This document shows, piece after piece, positions 37,801 to 47,672 of a stretch of 64,000 nucleotides of DNA. Under the pieces are notes generated by a model that searched no databases, had not been told where the DNA came from, and saw only the letters and a list, made by a program, of their open reading frames with translations. This stretch comes from an uncultured Candidatus Saccharibacteria bacterium (GTDB taxonomy: Bacteria; Patescibacteriota; Minisyncoccia; Phycocordibacterales; UBA918), in the NCBI GenBank assembly GCA_964353135.1, contig CAYGTV010000001.1, positions 216,217 through 280,216 on the forward strand, written 5' to 3'. The translations under genes were made by a program, and so were the position numbers. How positions within the stretch are numbered: position 1 is the stretch's first letter; each line of letters opens with the position of its first letter.

Positions 37801-38415
37801 CTATCGACTGTAGTATTCCATCACCTGCTCTGGATCAAAGAGCGTCTCAGCCGGATTGTATACCGGGGCAGTTTTCATTTCTCCTTCCATCTTCTTTAGG
37901 TCAAACGTAACCCAAGCTGGCATTGCTGCCGCATCGTGAGTTTCGTTTAGACCTATAAATAGTACGCTTTGTCGACTTCCTTCTCGCACACTAATGATGT
38001 CACCCGGCTTCACCTTGTGTGAAGGGATTGTCATTTTCTTGCCGTTCACACAGAAATGACCGTGTGAAGACATTTGTCGCGACATTTGCCTCGATTTAGC
38101 TAGTCCCATTCGATACACAACGTTGTCGAGTCGTGACTCTAGACGGTCCATCAGTAAGGCAACGGGCTGGTTACTTTTTTCTACAGCTTCGTCGACATAT
38201 TTACGGAGCTGTTTTTCAGAGATTCCGTATGTAAATCGCATCTTTTGCTTTTCAGTAAGCTGACGTTTGTAGTCAGACATCTGTCCCGGTCGCCGACCGC
38301 GACGTTGGTTACCCATTGATCGCTGAAGAGACGCTTCAAACTTTGCAGTTTTTGTCTTTTCAAAGATTGGGGCTCCCAGTCGTTTCGCAATTTTGTATTT
38401 TGGTCCAATGATCAT
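37801..38415 (-). CDS. rpsD: 30S ribosomal protein S4
   Basis: S4 N-terminal basic region and S4 RNA-binding domain; gene order. Confidence 0.9.
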   Translation of the reverse strand: MIIGPKYKIAKRLGAPIFEKTKTAKFEASLQRSMGNQRRGRRPGQMSDYKRQLTEKQKMRFTYGISEKQLRKYVDEAVEKSNQPVALLMDRLESRLDNVVYRMGLAKSRQMSRQMSSHGHFCVNGKKMTIPSHKVKPGDIISVREGSRQSVLFIGLNETHDAAAMPAWVTFDLKKMEGEMKTAPVYNPAETLFDPEQVMEYYSR

Positions 38416-38426
38416 AAGACTATAAA

Positions 38427-38858
38427 TTAAACACGTCGCGGCTTAGGAGCTCGCGGGCCATTAAATGGTACTGGTGTTCGGTCGGTGATCTTTGTGATTC
38501 CGATTCCTTGACCTGAGAAGGCTCGGAGGGCTGACTCTCGTCCCGCTCCAACTCCTCGTACAACTACTTCTGCTTCCTTCATTCCCATCTGCCCTGCTTT
38601 TTCACCGATGATTTCACCGACTTTTGCAGCTGCAAATGGTGTACTCTTTCGAGCACCTTTAAATCCTAGTGCACCAGACGATGCTGACATAACGGCGTTT
38701 CCTTTTGCATCACACAGTGTAAGTAGTGTGTTGTTGAAAGTTGCCAGGATATTCAGTTTTCCAATTGGAAGCTTTCGCTTTGGAATACGGTTTAGCGCAC
38801 GAGATGTTCCCGCTACGTCAGATCCGCCTGATTTTTTGACTGTTCGTTTTTTTCCCAT
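38427..38858 (-). CDS. rpsK: 30S ribosomal protein S11
   Basis: S11 pattern (ATFNNTLLTL...SSGALGFKGARKSTPFAA). Confidence 0.9.
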   Translation of the reverse strand: MGKKRTVKKSGGSDVAGTSRALNRIPKRKLPIGKLNILATFNNTLLTLCDAKGNAVMSASSGALGFKGARKSTPFAAAKVGEIIGEKAGQMGMKEAEVVVRGVGAGRESALRAFSGQGIGITKITDRTPVPFNGPRAPKPRRV

Positions 38859-38893
38859 AGGTTAGTGACGAAAATTAATAAAGAGACGGACTG

Positions 38894-39271
38894 TTAAGTC
38901 TTCTCGAGCTTACGACGACCACTACCCATAGTTTTCTTCGCTCCTTTGAGTGTTCGGGCGTTTGTTTTGGTGTTTTGTCCACGCGCTGGGAGACCCTTTG
39001 CATGTCGTGAACCACGGTATGAGTTGATGTCTTTCAATCGTTTGATGTTTCCTGAAACTGTTCGTTTCAGTTCACCCTCGATTGTAAAGGCTTCAATTTT
39101 TTCGCGGATCGCGTTTTCTTGATCTGTGGTCAGATCGGTAGCCTTGGTGGTGTGCTCGACTCCGAGCTCATCCAAGATATTCTTTGAACGAGTAAGGCCA
39201 ATACCATACACAGCTGTAAGTGCGTACGATAGGTGCTTTTCGTCAGGAATGGTGATACCAGAAATTCGCAT
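38894..39271 (-). CDS. rpsM: 30S ribosomal protein S13
   Basis: MRISGITIPDEKHLSYALTAVYGIG S13 N-terminus. Confidence 0.9.
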   Translation of the reverse strand: MRISGITIPDEKHLSYALTAVYGIGLTRSKNILDELGVEHTTKATDLTTDQENAIREKIEAFTIEGELKRTVSGNIKRLKDINSYRGSRHAKGLPARGQNTKTNARTLKGAKKTMGSGRRKLEKT

Positions 39272-39283
39272 AATGATAATTAA

Positions 39284-39397
39284 TTAGCCTTGACGCTGTT
39301 TGTGTCGGGGATTTTTACAGGTAACTCGAACTACGCCAGAGCGCTTTACTACCTGACAATCCTTACACATTGGTTTTACTGATGATTGTACTTTCAT
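39284..39397 (-). CDS. rpmJ: 50S ribosomal protein L36 (37 aa; absent from ORF track)
   Basis: Minus-strand translation [37 protein letters not shown] matches L36 consensus (C-x2-C ... C-x-N-P-x-H zinc ribbon) between infA and rpsM. Confidence 0.85.
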   Translation of the reverse strand: MKVQSSVKPMCKDCQVVKRSGVVRVTCKNPRHKQRQG

Positions 39398-39402
39398 AAT
39401 GA

Positions 39403-39630
39403 TTAGTTACGCTTAGTGATGCGTGCCTTTCCTCCATATGGATCGATAACTAGACCTACCTTGTCACCCACGAGAACGCGGATACGAAAGCGGCGCATGC
39501 GACCAGAGAGATACGCTAGCACTGGCTCAGGTTCCCCCTCTACGGTAACGCGAAAATGCGTGTTCGGTAACGCTTCTTCGACAATGCCGTATACGAGCTC
39601 CTCAGCTTCGGTGTTAGTATCTTGATCCAT
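39403..39630 (-). CDS. infA: translation initiation factor IF-1
   Basis: S1-like OB fold, conserved [20 protein letters not shown]...VGDKV...PYGGKARI pattern. Confidence 0.9.
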   Translation of the reverse strand: MDQDTNTEAEELVYGIVEEALPNTHFRVTVEGEPEPVLAYLSGRMRRFRIRVLVGDKVGLVIDPYGGKARITKRN

Positions 39631-39689
39631 TTGAACGGGGTGAGTGTATCAGACACCCATAGGTGCGTCAATACACACTCTTGGTACAA

Positions 39690-41045
39690 CTATTCAGCCG
39701 CTTCAACAATTTCAATTACTGTGATCTCGTCGGGGTTTTCAGGGAAGGTTCGCTGCCAGAAAGGGGTGACTTGAACTCGGGCGCGTTCGATACCTGGGTA
39801 GGCTGTAATAGCGTTAGAAATAGCTGTTTTTGGCAGTCCAGCGAGGTCTTTTTTAAGTTTTTCTGCATCATATTCCCAAATTAGTCGTGGTTTTCCAGTT
39901 AGGTTGAAAGTCAAAGAGTCAGCGTTTGCGATCACGCTATTACTAGTTGTGGCTGACGCGTACCTAAACGTTAACTGCGAAGGGTCGTCGACGCGTACCG
40001 GTCCACCTTCATAGGTAGCAACAGCTTCTTTGGCGATAAAGGTTCCAAAATCATCAGCTTTAAATAAAGGGATCTGTAGGACGGCTTGTTCGCGAATTGT
40101 TACTAGGTCCTGACCGTACTCAATGGCTGGTAGCTGATTATATGTGATTGCCACTGCTCCTGGAAAGGCAATCATGCCAGCTGGCTTGTTTGAATCGATC
40201 TTTTCTAGTAGTGCGTTACGTAGTTCAATTTGGATTGCTTGACGGGCTGTGTTTAGTTCACCTTCGTCGATCTGGAACTGAGGACCATCAAATCCGCCAG
40301 TCAGTGGAGCCGGGTTAGTAGCGGAAATAGACCTAAAGAGATCCATGAATCCGCCTTCTTCGAATCCTGGTATATCAAATCTGGTACCGGCTTGGAGGTT
40401 GTACTCTTCCCCGATCTCATCAGCAAATACTTCTGCCTGTATGGTGCCAGGATTACCATCGATCGCACCTGGAACAACGACAGATTCTTGGATTCGGTAC
40501 ACCAACCCACCTGGTGAGCGGAAACGGGTGTTCTTAATTAGTCGCTCTGCCCCTGGAGTACTTTTACTGATTTCAATGACGCCGGTTGCTTGTTCTTCGA
40601 TATTGATTGAGCCGGATGCCTGAACCTGGCTCTCTTTGGTCTCTTCTAGTGTCATAATCTCGTAGCTGAGCACACCGTCTGCTGGGGTCGCTACAGCTGT
40701 AAATTCAGCGTTGATATTTGGATCTCTAAACTCAGGATAGATCGTGAGCTCTGTCTTGCCAAGTAGACTACTGAGCAACGCTGCCGCACCAACTACAACC
40801 ACAAAAAATACAATGGCCAGCACCATTCTATTGCGCTCTTTTTTGGTGCCATCTTGAATAACAATTTGAGGACTTTCGTCACGCGGACGCATTGCCGGCC
40901 TAGGACGAAGCGACACATCATCAGAGCTGATCTCAATGTCACTCTCGACATCAGGACTGATAACATTACTCTTTTGAATAGGACGGCGTTTAGGACGTGC
41001 TTGTCCAGCTGGGCGAATATCCTGTAGGTTCCATTTTTGCGACAT
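39690..41045 (-). CDS. bitopic membrane protein, hypothetical (basic/Pro-rich cytoplasmic N-terminus, single TM, large extracytoplasmic domain)
   Basis: 451 aa; TM segment LAIVFFVVVVGAAALLSSLL; no recognised motif. Confidence 0.55.
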   Translation of the reverse strand: MSQKWNLQDIRPAGQARPKRRPIQKSNVISPDVESDIEISSDDVSLRPRPAMRPRDESPQIVIQDGTKKERNRMVLAIVFFVVVVGAAALLSSLLGKTELTIYPEFRDPNINAEFTAVATPADGVLSYEIMTLEETKESQVQASGSINIEEQATGVIEISKSTPGAERLIKNTRFRSPGGLVYRIQESVVVPGAIDGNPGTIQAEVFADEIGEEYNLQAGTRFDIPGFEEGGFMDLFRSISATNPAPLTGGFDGPQFQIDEGELNTARQAIQIELRNALLEKIDSNKPAGMIAFPGAVAITYNQLPAIEYGQDLVTIREQAVLQIPLFKADDFGTFIAKEAVATYEGGPVRVDDPSQLTFRYASATTSNSVIANADSLTFNLTGKPRLIWEYDAEKLKKDLAGLPKTAISNAITAYPGIERARVQVTPFWQRTFPENPDEITVIEIVEAAE

Positions 41046-41063
41046 ATAGTTATAGTATAGCTT

Positions 41064-42236
41064 TTATAAGTACTCAAAAAAAGCTCGGTCTGCCTTTGTG
41101 TGGAAAAAGCGGCTAGCGATTGCGAGCGGTACATCATGATTTTTTGGGGTTTGTGGGTCAGGGTTTAGCAAATCTGGGGTTGTGACTGTTACCAAAACAT
41201 TTCCCTTGCTGGCTTCTTTTCCGGCTGCATCAATGATAGGTGCAAAAAAATCGGCTAGACCGGCGTCCGCTTCTAGGTAGACATGTTTTGGAATAGTGAG
41301 CCGGTCACCGGTTTCTTTGAATAGTTCAACTACGTGTGCTTGGTATGCTTCTAGAGTTGCCTTAATATCATCGTGTAATTCTTCTTGAGTGTGTAATGTG
41401 CGCATACTCGTAAATGCATCATGTAGTGGTAGTTTGGTTGCCTTTGCGATCTCTCGAGCTATAGATGCCCGACCAAAAGCGACATGTGTGCTGTACTGGA
41501 GTGCATTGTGTCTAACGATTCCTAGTTCTGTCGCCTCGTTTGTAATATCGACTAAACAGAAATCAACCCCTGTTGGCTGTAGCGCATCGGTCACATAATA
41601 ATTAGCCATCATAAAGGACGTAATTTCGAGATCAGCAGCAGGAACCAGCTTTTGTTGCATGTCGGTAAGACTTGCAACAATCTCTTCCCTAATCAGGGTG
41701 CTGACATGTGTGACACTGAGGTGTTGAGCGGTCTGTTTGTTAGGGGTTGCTACCCGGTATCCATTGGCGTGTGTATCGAGAATCGTTCGACTGGTTTCTT
41801 GCACACCCAGGTCCTTGAGTGGATGCTTCTCTTCAAATTCATCCATTGCTTGGTCTGCCGCAGTGGTGGCTAGTTGCTTGAGTAGCTCTTGGGTAATAAC
41901 AAACGGTTCATCCTTTTCGAATTTCACTGTCCTAGCAACTGTGTATGACCAGGGTGCACTGATGGTGGCCTGTACAGTGGTAATCTTGGCCCGTTTGTTG
42001 TGAGCTGCCAAAGCAGAACGTCCTTCCCCTTCAAAGGCCATCATGACGTTCATGATGGCTGTAACCACTGCTTTACTACTCTCTCCAACTGATTCGGTGA
42101 CCTTGAGTGGAGTGTGTTCTCGGTGTGTCCAAATCGGTCCGTCTCCTGGTGTAGGTGCAACAATAGCCAGACCGACACTGCCAGAACCAACGTCAATCAA
42201 AAGAGCATATCCACTACTGGATTTCCGAGAAAACAT
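41064..42236 (-). CDS. actin-like ATPase fold protein (FtsA/PilM/Ppx-GppA superfamily), hypothetical
   Basis: N-terminal LLIDVGSGSVGLAIV phosphate-1-like motif and later VDITNEATE...VAFGRASIAREIA resembling FtsA/PilM phosphate-2/adenosine motifs. Confidence 0.6.
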   Translation of the reverse strand: MFSRKSSSGYALLIDVGSGSVGLAIVAPTPGDGPIWTHREHTPLKVTESVGESSKAVVTAIMNVMMAFEGEGRSALAAHNKRAKITTVQATISAPWSYTVARTVKFEKDEPFVITQELLKQLATTAADQAMDEFEEKHPLKDLGVQETSRTILDTHANGYRVATPNKQTAQHLSVTHVSTLIREEIVASLTDMQQKLVPAADLEITSFMMANYYVTDALQPTGVDFCLVDITNEATELGIVRHNALQYSTHVAFGRASIAREIAKATKLPLHDAFTSMRTLHTQEELHDDIKATLEAYQAHVVELFKETGDRLTIPKHVYLEADAGLADFFAPIIDAAGKEASKGNVLVTVTTPDLLNPDPQTPKNHDVPLAIASRFFHTKADRAFFEYL

Positions 42237-42340
42237 ATAGCTCTAGTATAGCAACCGTAAACATAAGTTGCTGGCACTCATGTTGTTAAGTGGGGACGAG
42301 TTTGGTATGTTGAGAAAAGTTCTTTGAGGGGAGATGTAGT

Positions 42341-42610
42341 ATGCTTCTAGTAAACGTAGTGTTTGCAGTTGTTGTTGGTTTTATTATGTATGGCTTTATT
42401 TTGCTGTGCACTATTGCTGTAGGCTGGATTGGAATTCACATGCTTTGGCTACATTGGAAACTAAAATATCCAATATTACCGTACTGGATTGCTGTTAAGG
42501 TGATCTATGAAGCGTTTCTTGGATTTTATGTTGAGCGGATGCATGACGCACTTCTTGGAGCCGGTGTGGCAGTCACCATATTTACTTTCGTCATACTAAG
42601 TTTTACCTAA
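42341..42610 (+). CDS. small membrane protein, hypothetical
   Basis: 89 aa, three hydrophobic helices, AGGGGAG RBS. Confidence 0.4.
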   Translation: MLLVNVVFAVVVGFIMYGFILLCTIAVGWIGIHMLWLHWKLKYPILPYWIAVKVIYEAFLGFYVERMHDALLGAGVAVTIFTFVILSFT

Positions 42611-42652
42611 AGGGCGAGTCTCGTTGTCTCGCCCTTTACGCTATTTGATGAG

Positions 42653-44599
42653 TTAATTTCCAGTCAGTATAGCTTTAATTCGTCGCACTCCAGCAGAAGA
42701 TGATTCTTCTTTTTTGATTTTGAATGTCTTGCCGGCGAATTCTGAGAAGTCTTGGACATGTGGTCCACCACATAGTTCACGGCTATAGATGGTTCCATCT
42801 GGTGCAGTCATGCTGTACACCTTTACCTCGTCTGGGTACCGATCCCAGAAGCTCGCCTCGATGGTTTGGTCGGCCTGGGCGGCGTCTTTGGTCATCATGT
42901 CGATGGTCACTTGCCCACCTTTTTGCATTGCTGCATTGACCCACTCTTCAATCTGGTCGAGCATATCTCGTTCCACTTTTTCACCGTGGGTAAAGTCAAA
43001 TCGCATTCTTTCACCAGTGATATTACTCCCTGCTTGGTGTACATGATCGCCCAGGAAGTGGCGTAGCGCTGCTAGGAGTAAGTGAGTAGCAGTGTGGTAC
43101 TGAACAACAATCTCTGAACTATCGGCTAGCCCACCTTTGAATTTTTGTTCAGCTCCAGCTCGTGAGAGTGCACGGTGTTCTTCCATTAGTTTTTCGAATC
43201 CTTTAGTATCGACTACCAGACCTTTCTCTTCTGCAATTTCTTCAGTCAGTTCGATCGGGAAACCGTATGTCGTAAATAGGTCAAACGCATTTTGAGCACT
43301 GATTGATTTAACTCCAGTGGTTTTTAGTTTCTCTCCAGTAGCCTTAGCCTGTGCTAGTTCTTCTTTGGTGACATGAACCTGGAGTGAAATTTTGTTGAAC
43401 TGCTTGAGTCCGTTTTCTAGTGTCTTTCGAAACTGTGTTTCTTCCCCACTGATAGCAGCAATAATTTCTGCTTGTTGGGTACCAAGGTTGGTGTAGTGAT
43501 CTTTGTATGAGTTGATCACGCTCTTTGCAAGGTTGGCAAATTCTCCGGCTGGGACTTCTAGCATGTCAGCAAAACGCACTGCTCGACGCAGGAGTCGTCG
43601 CACAAAATACCCTTGTTCTGTATTTCCAGGTAGGACGCCATCTCCGATCATAAACACTGCTCCCCGGATGTGGTCGGTAATCACCCGGAACGCTTCGAGA
43701 TTGTCTTCGTATTTCTTACCTGATAGTTCCTGGATCTGCTCGATCACTGTCCATAGTAAGTCGACTCTGTACACGTCTGGTGAGTTGATTGCTGCTGCCG
43801 CAATTCGCTCTAGCCCCCCACCAAAGTCGATGTTTTTGGCTGGCAGTGGTTCAAAACCGGATTCAGTTTTGATGTATTCCATAAACACACTGTTGCCGAT
43901 TTCCATAAACCGACCACAGTCGCAGGCCGGGTGACAGTGTTCGCCGTACTTTGTGTCATGTTCGGTCCCAAAGTCATAAAACATTTCACTGTCTCCCCCG
44001 CCGATTTCACCAACCGGCATGTTTTCTGGTACTCCAGCCCGGCTCCACCAGTTTTCTTTGGCGTTGTAGTAGAAAATCCGCTCGCCGTCTTTCATTCCGC
44101 GAACAGCTGCATCTGAAGCTGAACCCATTTCTCCAACCCCGTTAGTAACCCCACGTTCAGCGAGGACTGATTGCCACAATTCTACTGCTTCGGTGTCTTT
44201 TGGTACTCCAGCCGTCTCATCACCAATAAACGCCGTAACGTAGAATTTTTGCGGGTCTAGACCTACTTCATCGAGGTAGAAGGAAGCAATCCAAGGAATC
44301 TGCTCGGCTTTGAAATAGTCACCCAGTGACCAGTTGCCAAGCATTTCAAAAAATGTGGTGTGACTCGTGTCGCCCACTTCGTCGATGTCCTCGGCCCGGA
44401 AACATTTTTGGCTGTCAGTGATGCGAGTGCCTTTTGGGTGAGTTTCTCCCATTAGATAGGGCACCAGTGGTTGCATTCCACTGCCGGTAAATAGTGTGGT
44501 TGGGTCGTTTTCTGGTACGAGCGCACTAGAAGGAACCACGGCGTGGCCGTTTTTCTCCATGAATGCTAAGTATTTCGCTCGGATTTCGTTTCCTGTCAT
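42653..44599 (-). CDS. alaS: alanine--tRNA ligase (648 aa; lacks C-terminal C-Ala domain)
   Basis: N-terminal AlaRS catalytic signature (NDPTTLFTGSGM), editing-domain HTATHLL...H motif, C-terminal CGGPHV zinc site. Confidence 0.9.
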   Translation of the reverse strand: MTGNEIRAKYLAFMEKNGHAVVPSSALVPENDPTTLFTGSGMQPLVPYLMGETHPKGTRITDSQKCFRAEDIDEVGDTSHTTFFEMLGNWSLGDYFKAEQIPWIASFYLDEVGLDPQKFYVTAFIGDETAGVPKDTEAVELWQSVLAERGVTNGVGEMGSASDAAVRGMKDGERIFYYNAKENWWSRAGVPENMPVGEIGGGDSEMFYDFGTEHDTKYGEHCHPACDCGRFMEIGNSVFMEYIKTESGFEPLPAKNIDFGGGLERIAAAAINSPDVYRVDLLWTVIEQIQELSGKKYEDNLEAFRVITDHIRGAVFMIGDGVLPGNTEQGYFVRRLLRRAVRFADMLEVPAGEFANLAKSVINSYKDHYTNLGTQQAEIIAAISGEETQFRKTLENGLKQFNKISLQVHVTKEELAQAKATGEKLKTTGVKSISAQNAFDLFTTYGFPIELTEEIAEEKGLVVDTKGFEKLMEEHRALSRAGAEQKFKGGLADSSEIVVQYHTATHLLLAALRHFLGDHVHQAGSNITGERMRFDFTHGEKVERDMLDQIEEWVNAAMQKGGQVTIDMMTKDAAQADQTIEASFWDRYPDEVKVYSMTAPDGTIYSRELCGGPHVQDFSEFAGKTFKIKKEESSSAGVRRIKAILTGN

Positions 44600-44740
44600 T
44601 AAATAAAAATGAGTGTAACGATTATTTTGAATTTACGTCCCAATTTCGGCCTTAGGTCAGGACGGAATTGCTAGACGTATCCAACGGTCATCGTTTATTA
44701 ATAAGTGTTTAATATAGCAAAAATGCCGAAAAAGCAAAGG

Positions 44741-45013
44741 CTAAATCGCTCCTCCAAGCATTGCAGCACACTCTGCTCCTTCACAAGTAATCAAGGCATC
44801 AAAACCACCTAACCCGTAGACTTCCAAGAAATACCCAATGACGATTAGAAGTAGTGCTATAACTGTGATCAAAGTTTCGCGATGAAACGCTCTCACCACT
44901 TCTTCATCAATACTTCGTTCAGTGGCCATGGTGATATGGACCCAGATTATAGCTAAGCCCAGCATTCCTTTCCCGATAACACTCATCGTCATTCCTAAAA
45001 ATAGTAAACTCAT
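44741..45013 (-). CDS. small membrane protein, hypothetical
   Basis: 90 aa, three hydrophobic helices. Confidence 0.4.
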   Translation of the reverse strand: MSLLFLGMTMSVIGKGMLGLAIIWVHITMATERSIDEEVVRAFHRETLITVIALLLIVIGYFLEVYGLGGFDALITCEGAECAAMLGGAI

Positions 45014-45057
45014 ATGGTCAAGATTATAACATCAAATAGTGTGGGGGCTATAAGTAA

Positions 45058-46347
45058 TTAGAGTTTTTTGCTCAATGCCACTAGTTCTTTTTCCACCAGT
45101 TTGGTTGGACCTGCTGCACTGATCGCCATACGCTTGGGGTCAAGGTATTTAACAATGGCAGCGTTGACTTCTTTTCTAGTCACGGTTTGTAAAGCTGATT
45201 CATATGAAGTCATCTCATCAAGTGAGAAACCAAGTTTATTGAATTCGTGTAAAACACGAATGCTAGATACCGGCGAATCGTTCTTCATGATGGATTGAGT
45301 TTCCATGATTGTTTTAAAGTATGAATGTTCGGCTTCAGTGATCCCCTTGGCGTGCATTTTTTTGATTTCTCTGAAAGTTGACTGTAGTCCCTGCGAAACT
45401 TGCTTAGGGCTAAAGAAGGTCTCAATTCTAAAGTAACCCGTCTGTGTTTGATTGTAGCCCTCTAGTTTTCCGTATATTCCATAGGTAAGCCCCTCTTGTT
45501 CCCGCACTATACTCATCAGTCGTCCAGCAAACCCACCCCACTTTGCTAGTACTGAAACCCCAAACACTAATGCTGGAAATTCCCTGTCTCCCGGTTTGAG
45601 CGCAACTGGATAGCCGATCTGCACATCAAGGTTTTGTCTACTTGGAACGTCGTGCAGTAAAAGTTTCTCCGCCTTTGGTATCAGGCTGGTTGTGAGTGTC
45701 TCTTGGTCTGATTTGTCGACGATTTTCTGGGCTAGTCTGGTGACTAGCTTGTCAAAACTCAAGCATGCTGCCTTGTCACCGGTAATAGAAGCGGTCCAGG
45801 ACTTTGCATACATTCGACCAAACATCTCTTTAGCATCTTTGTTTGTTAGGGTAGATAGTTTTAATTGCACAGTCTCTACCTGATCGCACGCCCTCCTGTC
45901 TGGCACTTTGTAGAAATTGTTTCTAAACGCATTAAAGGCGACTGCTTTTGAGTCCTCTTTTTCGTCGTGCAGGTTATTGAACGCCAGTTTTACAGCACGC
46001 TTTAGTTCTTTTGTCGGAAATACTGGTTCAGTTAATATATCGTGTACTAGAGACATTGTTTTGTTCCAGTTTCGCTTTGTTCCACTGATCTCAACCGTTA
46101 GCACTCCGTCGCTAACACGCACAGCTATAGAAGAACCCAGGCTATTGGTTTTATCTAATAATTCTTCTCTGGTCAGGTTTTTTGTTCCTGATAGCAGTAG
46201 GTCGCCAAAGCACTCAAACATTGCTTGATCTTGGATTGAATTTTGCTGGTGCAGATCAACACTGATAATACCCTTTGCTATAGGACAATCTGAAATCTCG
46301 ATACGAGCCAGTCTTACATTTGGTTTTGTTTCAATTGTTTTTATCAT
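45058..46347 (-). CDS. M16 family peptidase-like protein, non-catalytic partner subunit (no HxxEH)
   Basis: Size and position overlapping (4 nt) downstream of catalytic M16 gene; M16 C-terminal-half-like organisation. Confidence 0.65.
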   Translation of the reverse strand: MIKTIETKPNVRLARIEISDCPIAKGIISVDLHQQNSIQDQAMFECFGDLLLSGTKNLTREELLDKTNSLGSSIAVRVSDGVLTVEISGTKRNWNKTMSLVHDILTEPVFPTKELKRAVKLAFNNLHDEKEDSKAVAFNAFRNNFYKVPDRRACDQVETVQLKLSTLTNKDAKEMFGRMYAKSWTASITGDKAACLSFDKLVTRLAQKIVDKSDQETLTTSLIPKAEKLLLHDVPSRQNLDVQIGYPVALKPGDREFPALVFGVSVLAKWGGFAGRLMSIVREQEGLTYGIYGKLEGYNQTQTGYFRIETFFSPKQVSQGLQSTFREIKKMHAKGITEAEHSYFKTIMETQSIMKNDSPVSSIRVLHEFNKLGFSLDEMTSYESALQTVTRKEVNAAIVKYLDPKRMAISAAGPTKLVEKELVALSKKL

Positions 46348-47672
46348 ACGGATCGGTAGAAACCAGTAGTTAGGCTATTTGGGTCAAAAAGAGTCTGAAT
46401 CATTGTGTGCACCTGGTCAGCTGTAACTTTTTCAATATTCTTTTGCATGTTTGTGAATTGGTCGAGGGCATTGCATGCGACGTACTCTGTCAGTTCGGCT
46501 GCAACTCCAAGTGACGTAGAGCGACTAAAGGCTTTTTCGGTTACCAGCTTTACTTGTTCTTTTTTTAGAAGTTTTGCAATCTGTTTGACGTCGATGGTTT
46601 TCAGCTCTTGTTTGATTAGGTCGATCACTTTTTCATGAGTCACGCCTGCTGCCAGTCGTATAAAAAGCATACCCGCATTCCTGTGTGCAGTTGGAAACAA
46701 AATGCTATCAAGGCTGCTGACCAAACCATTGTCTACTAGCTTTGTGTGCAAAATACTTTCAGGTCCGTCTGCAATGACTTTGAGCGCTAGGTCAGCTGTG
46801 TACCAGTCTTGCTCGGGGAAAGCAGCACATACAAACCCAAACCCAAGAATGTTCGTTGTGCCTGGTCTCGTGATCGTTACGCTCCTAGGGCCCGTTATTG
46901 CCGGTTCTCGGGCGGTCTCGCGGTGTATGTTTGCTACTTTGTTTTTCTTTGCACCAAACATTTTATCGGCGTGCAATAGCGCTTCTTCTGCCGATAGGTC
47001 ACCTATAAGCATCAGGGTAGCGTTGTTTGGTTGGTAGTACATTTCGTAGAACCTTTGTAACTTGTCTGTAGTGTAATCCTCAATATCTTCACGAAAACCG
47101 ATCACCTCATGGTCGTAGGCATGAGACAAAAAGGTTGCGCTACGCATGGCTACCTCGAGTGCAAAATACGGGTCCCCGTTATACATATCAAATTCACTCA
47201 GAACGTTACCTCGTTCAGGTTGAAATTGTTTGTCATCTAGTACTACATCTTGCATTCGCTCTGCCTCTAGCTTTAGCACCTGTCTTAGATACTTTTTTGG
47301 ATAGGCTAAGTAGTATGTTGTTCGATCGTAGGCCGTATTGGCATTTAGTGTGGCGCCAGTTTCTCGTTCAAACTTCATGACAGAACCAGCTAGAATACCT
47401 TTGCGCAGGTCTTGTTTTGTTGGTTTAAAGAGCATGTGTTCCAGCATGTGGGCTAGACCACTCTCTCCACGCCTCTCGTCTACTGAACCAACTTTGTATG
47501 TAATATTTGATGTAATAACCCCGGTTCCTGCAATTGGGTAATGAACCAAAGTCAGATTATTTTTGTTGTGAGTATAGACAGTAAAAGCCGCATATTCAGT
47601 TTGCTTTGTAAAATTATGATTCGCCATCTTTGCTTGTTTTGACATCGAGAATGAATTGTTTATAGGCATCAA
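46344..47672 (-). CDS. M16 family zinc metallopeptidase (pitrilysin/insulinase-like); true start may be the Met at 47627 or 47645
   Basis: Inverted zinc-binding motif HMLEH (GLAHMLEHMLFKPT) and downstream E. Confidence 0.8.
   Translation of the reverse strand: MMPINNSFSMSKQAKMANHNFTKQTEYAAFTVYTHNKNNLTLVHYPIAGTGVITSNITYKVGSVDERRGESGLAHMLEHMLFKPTKQDLRKGILAGSVMKFERETGATLNANTAYDRTTYYLAYPKKYLRQVLKLEAERMQDVVLDDKQFQPERGNVLSEFDMYNGDPYFALEVAMRSATFLSHAYDHEVIGFREDIEDYTTDKLQRFYEMYYQPNNATLMLIGDLSAEEALLHADKMFGAKKNKVANIHRETAREPAITGPRSVTITRPGTTNILGFGFVCAAFPEQDWYTADLALKVIADGPESILHTKLVDNGLVSSLDSILFPTAHRNAGMLFIRLAAGVTHEKVIDLIKQELKTIDVKQIAKLLKKEQVKLVTEKAFSRSTSLGVAAELTEYVACNALDQFTNMQKNIEKVTADQVHTMIQTLFDPNSLTTGFYRSV

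Noticed and set aside
44600-44740. T-box or autoregulatory palindrome in the alaS leader
   Set aside because: Only a weak 5-bp stem (CGTCC...GGACG) with a 21-nt loop; too short and lacks T-box signatures.
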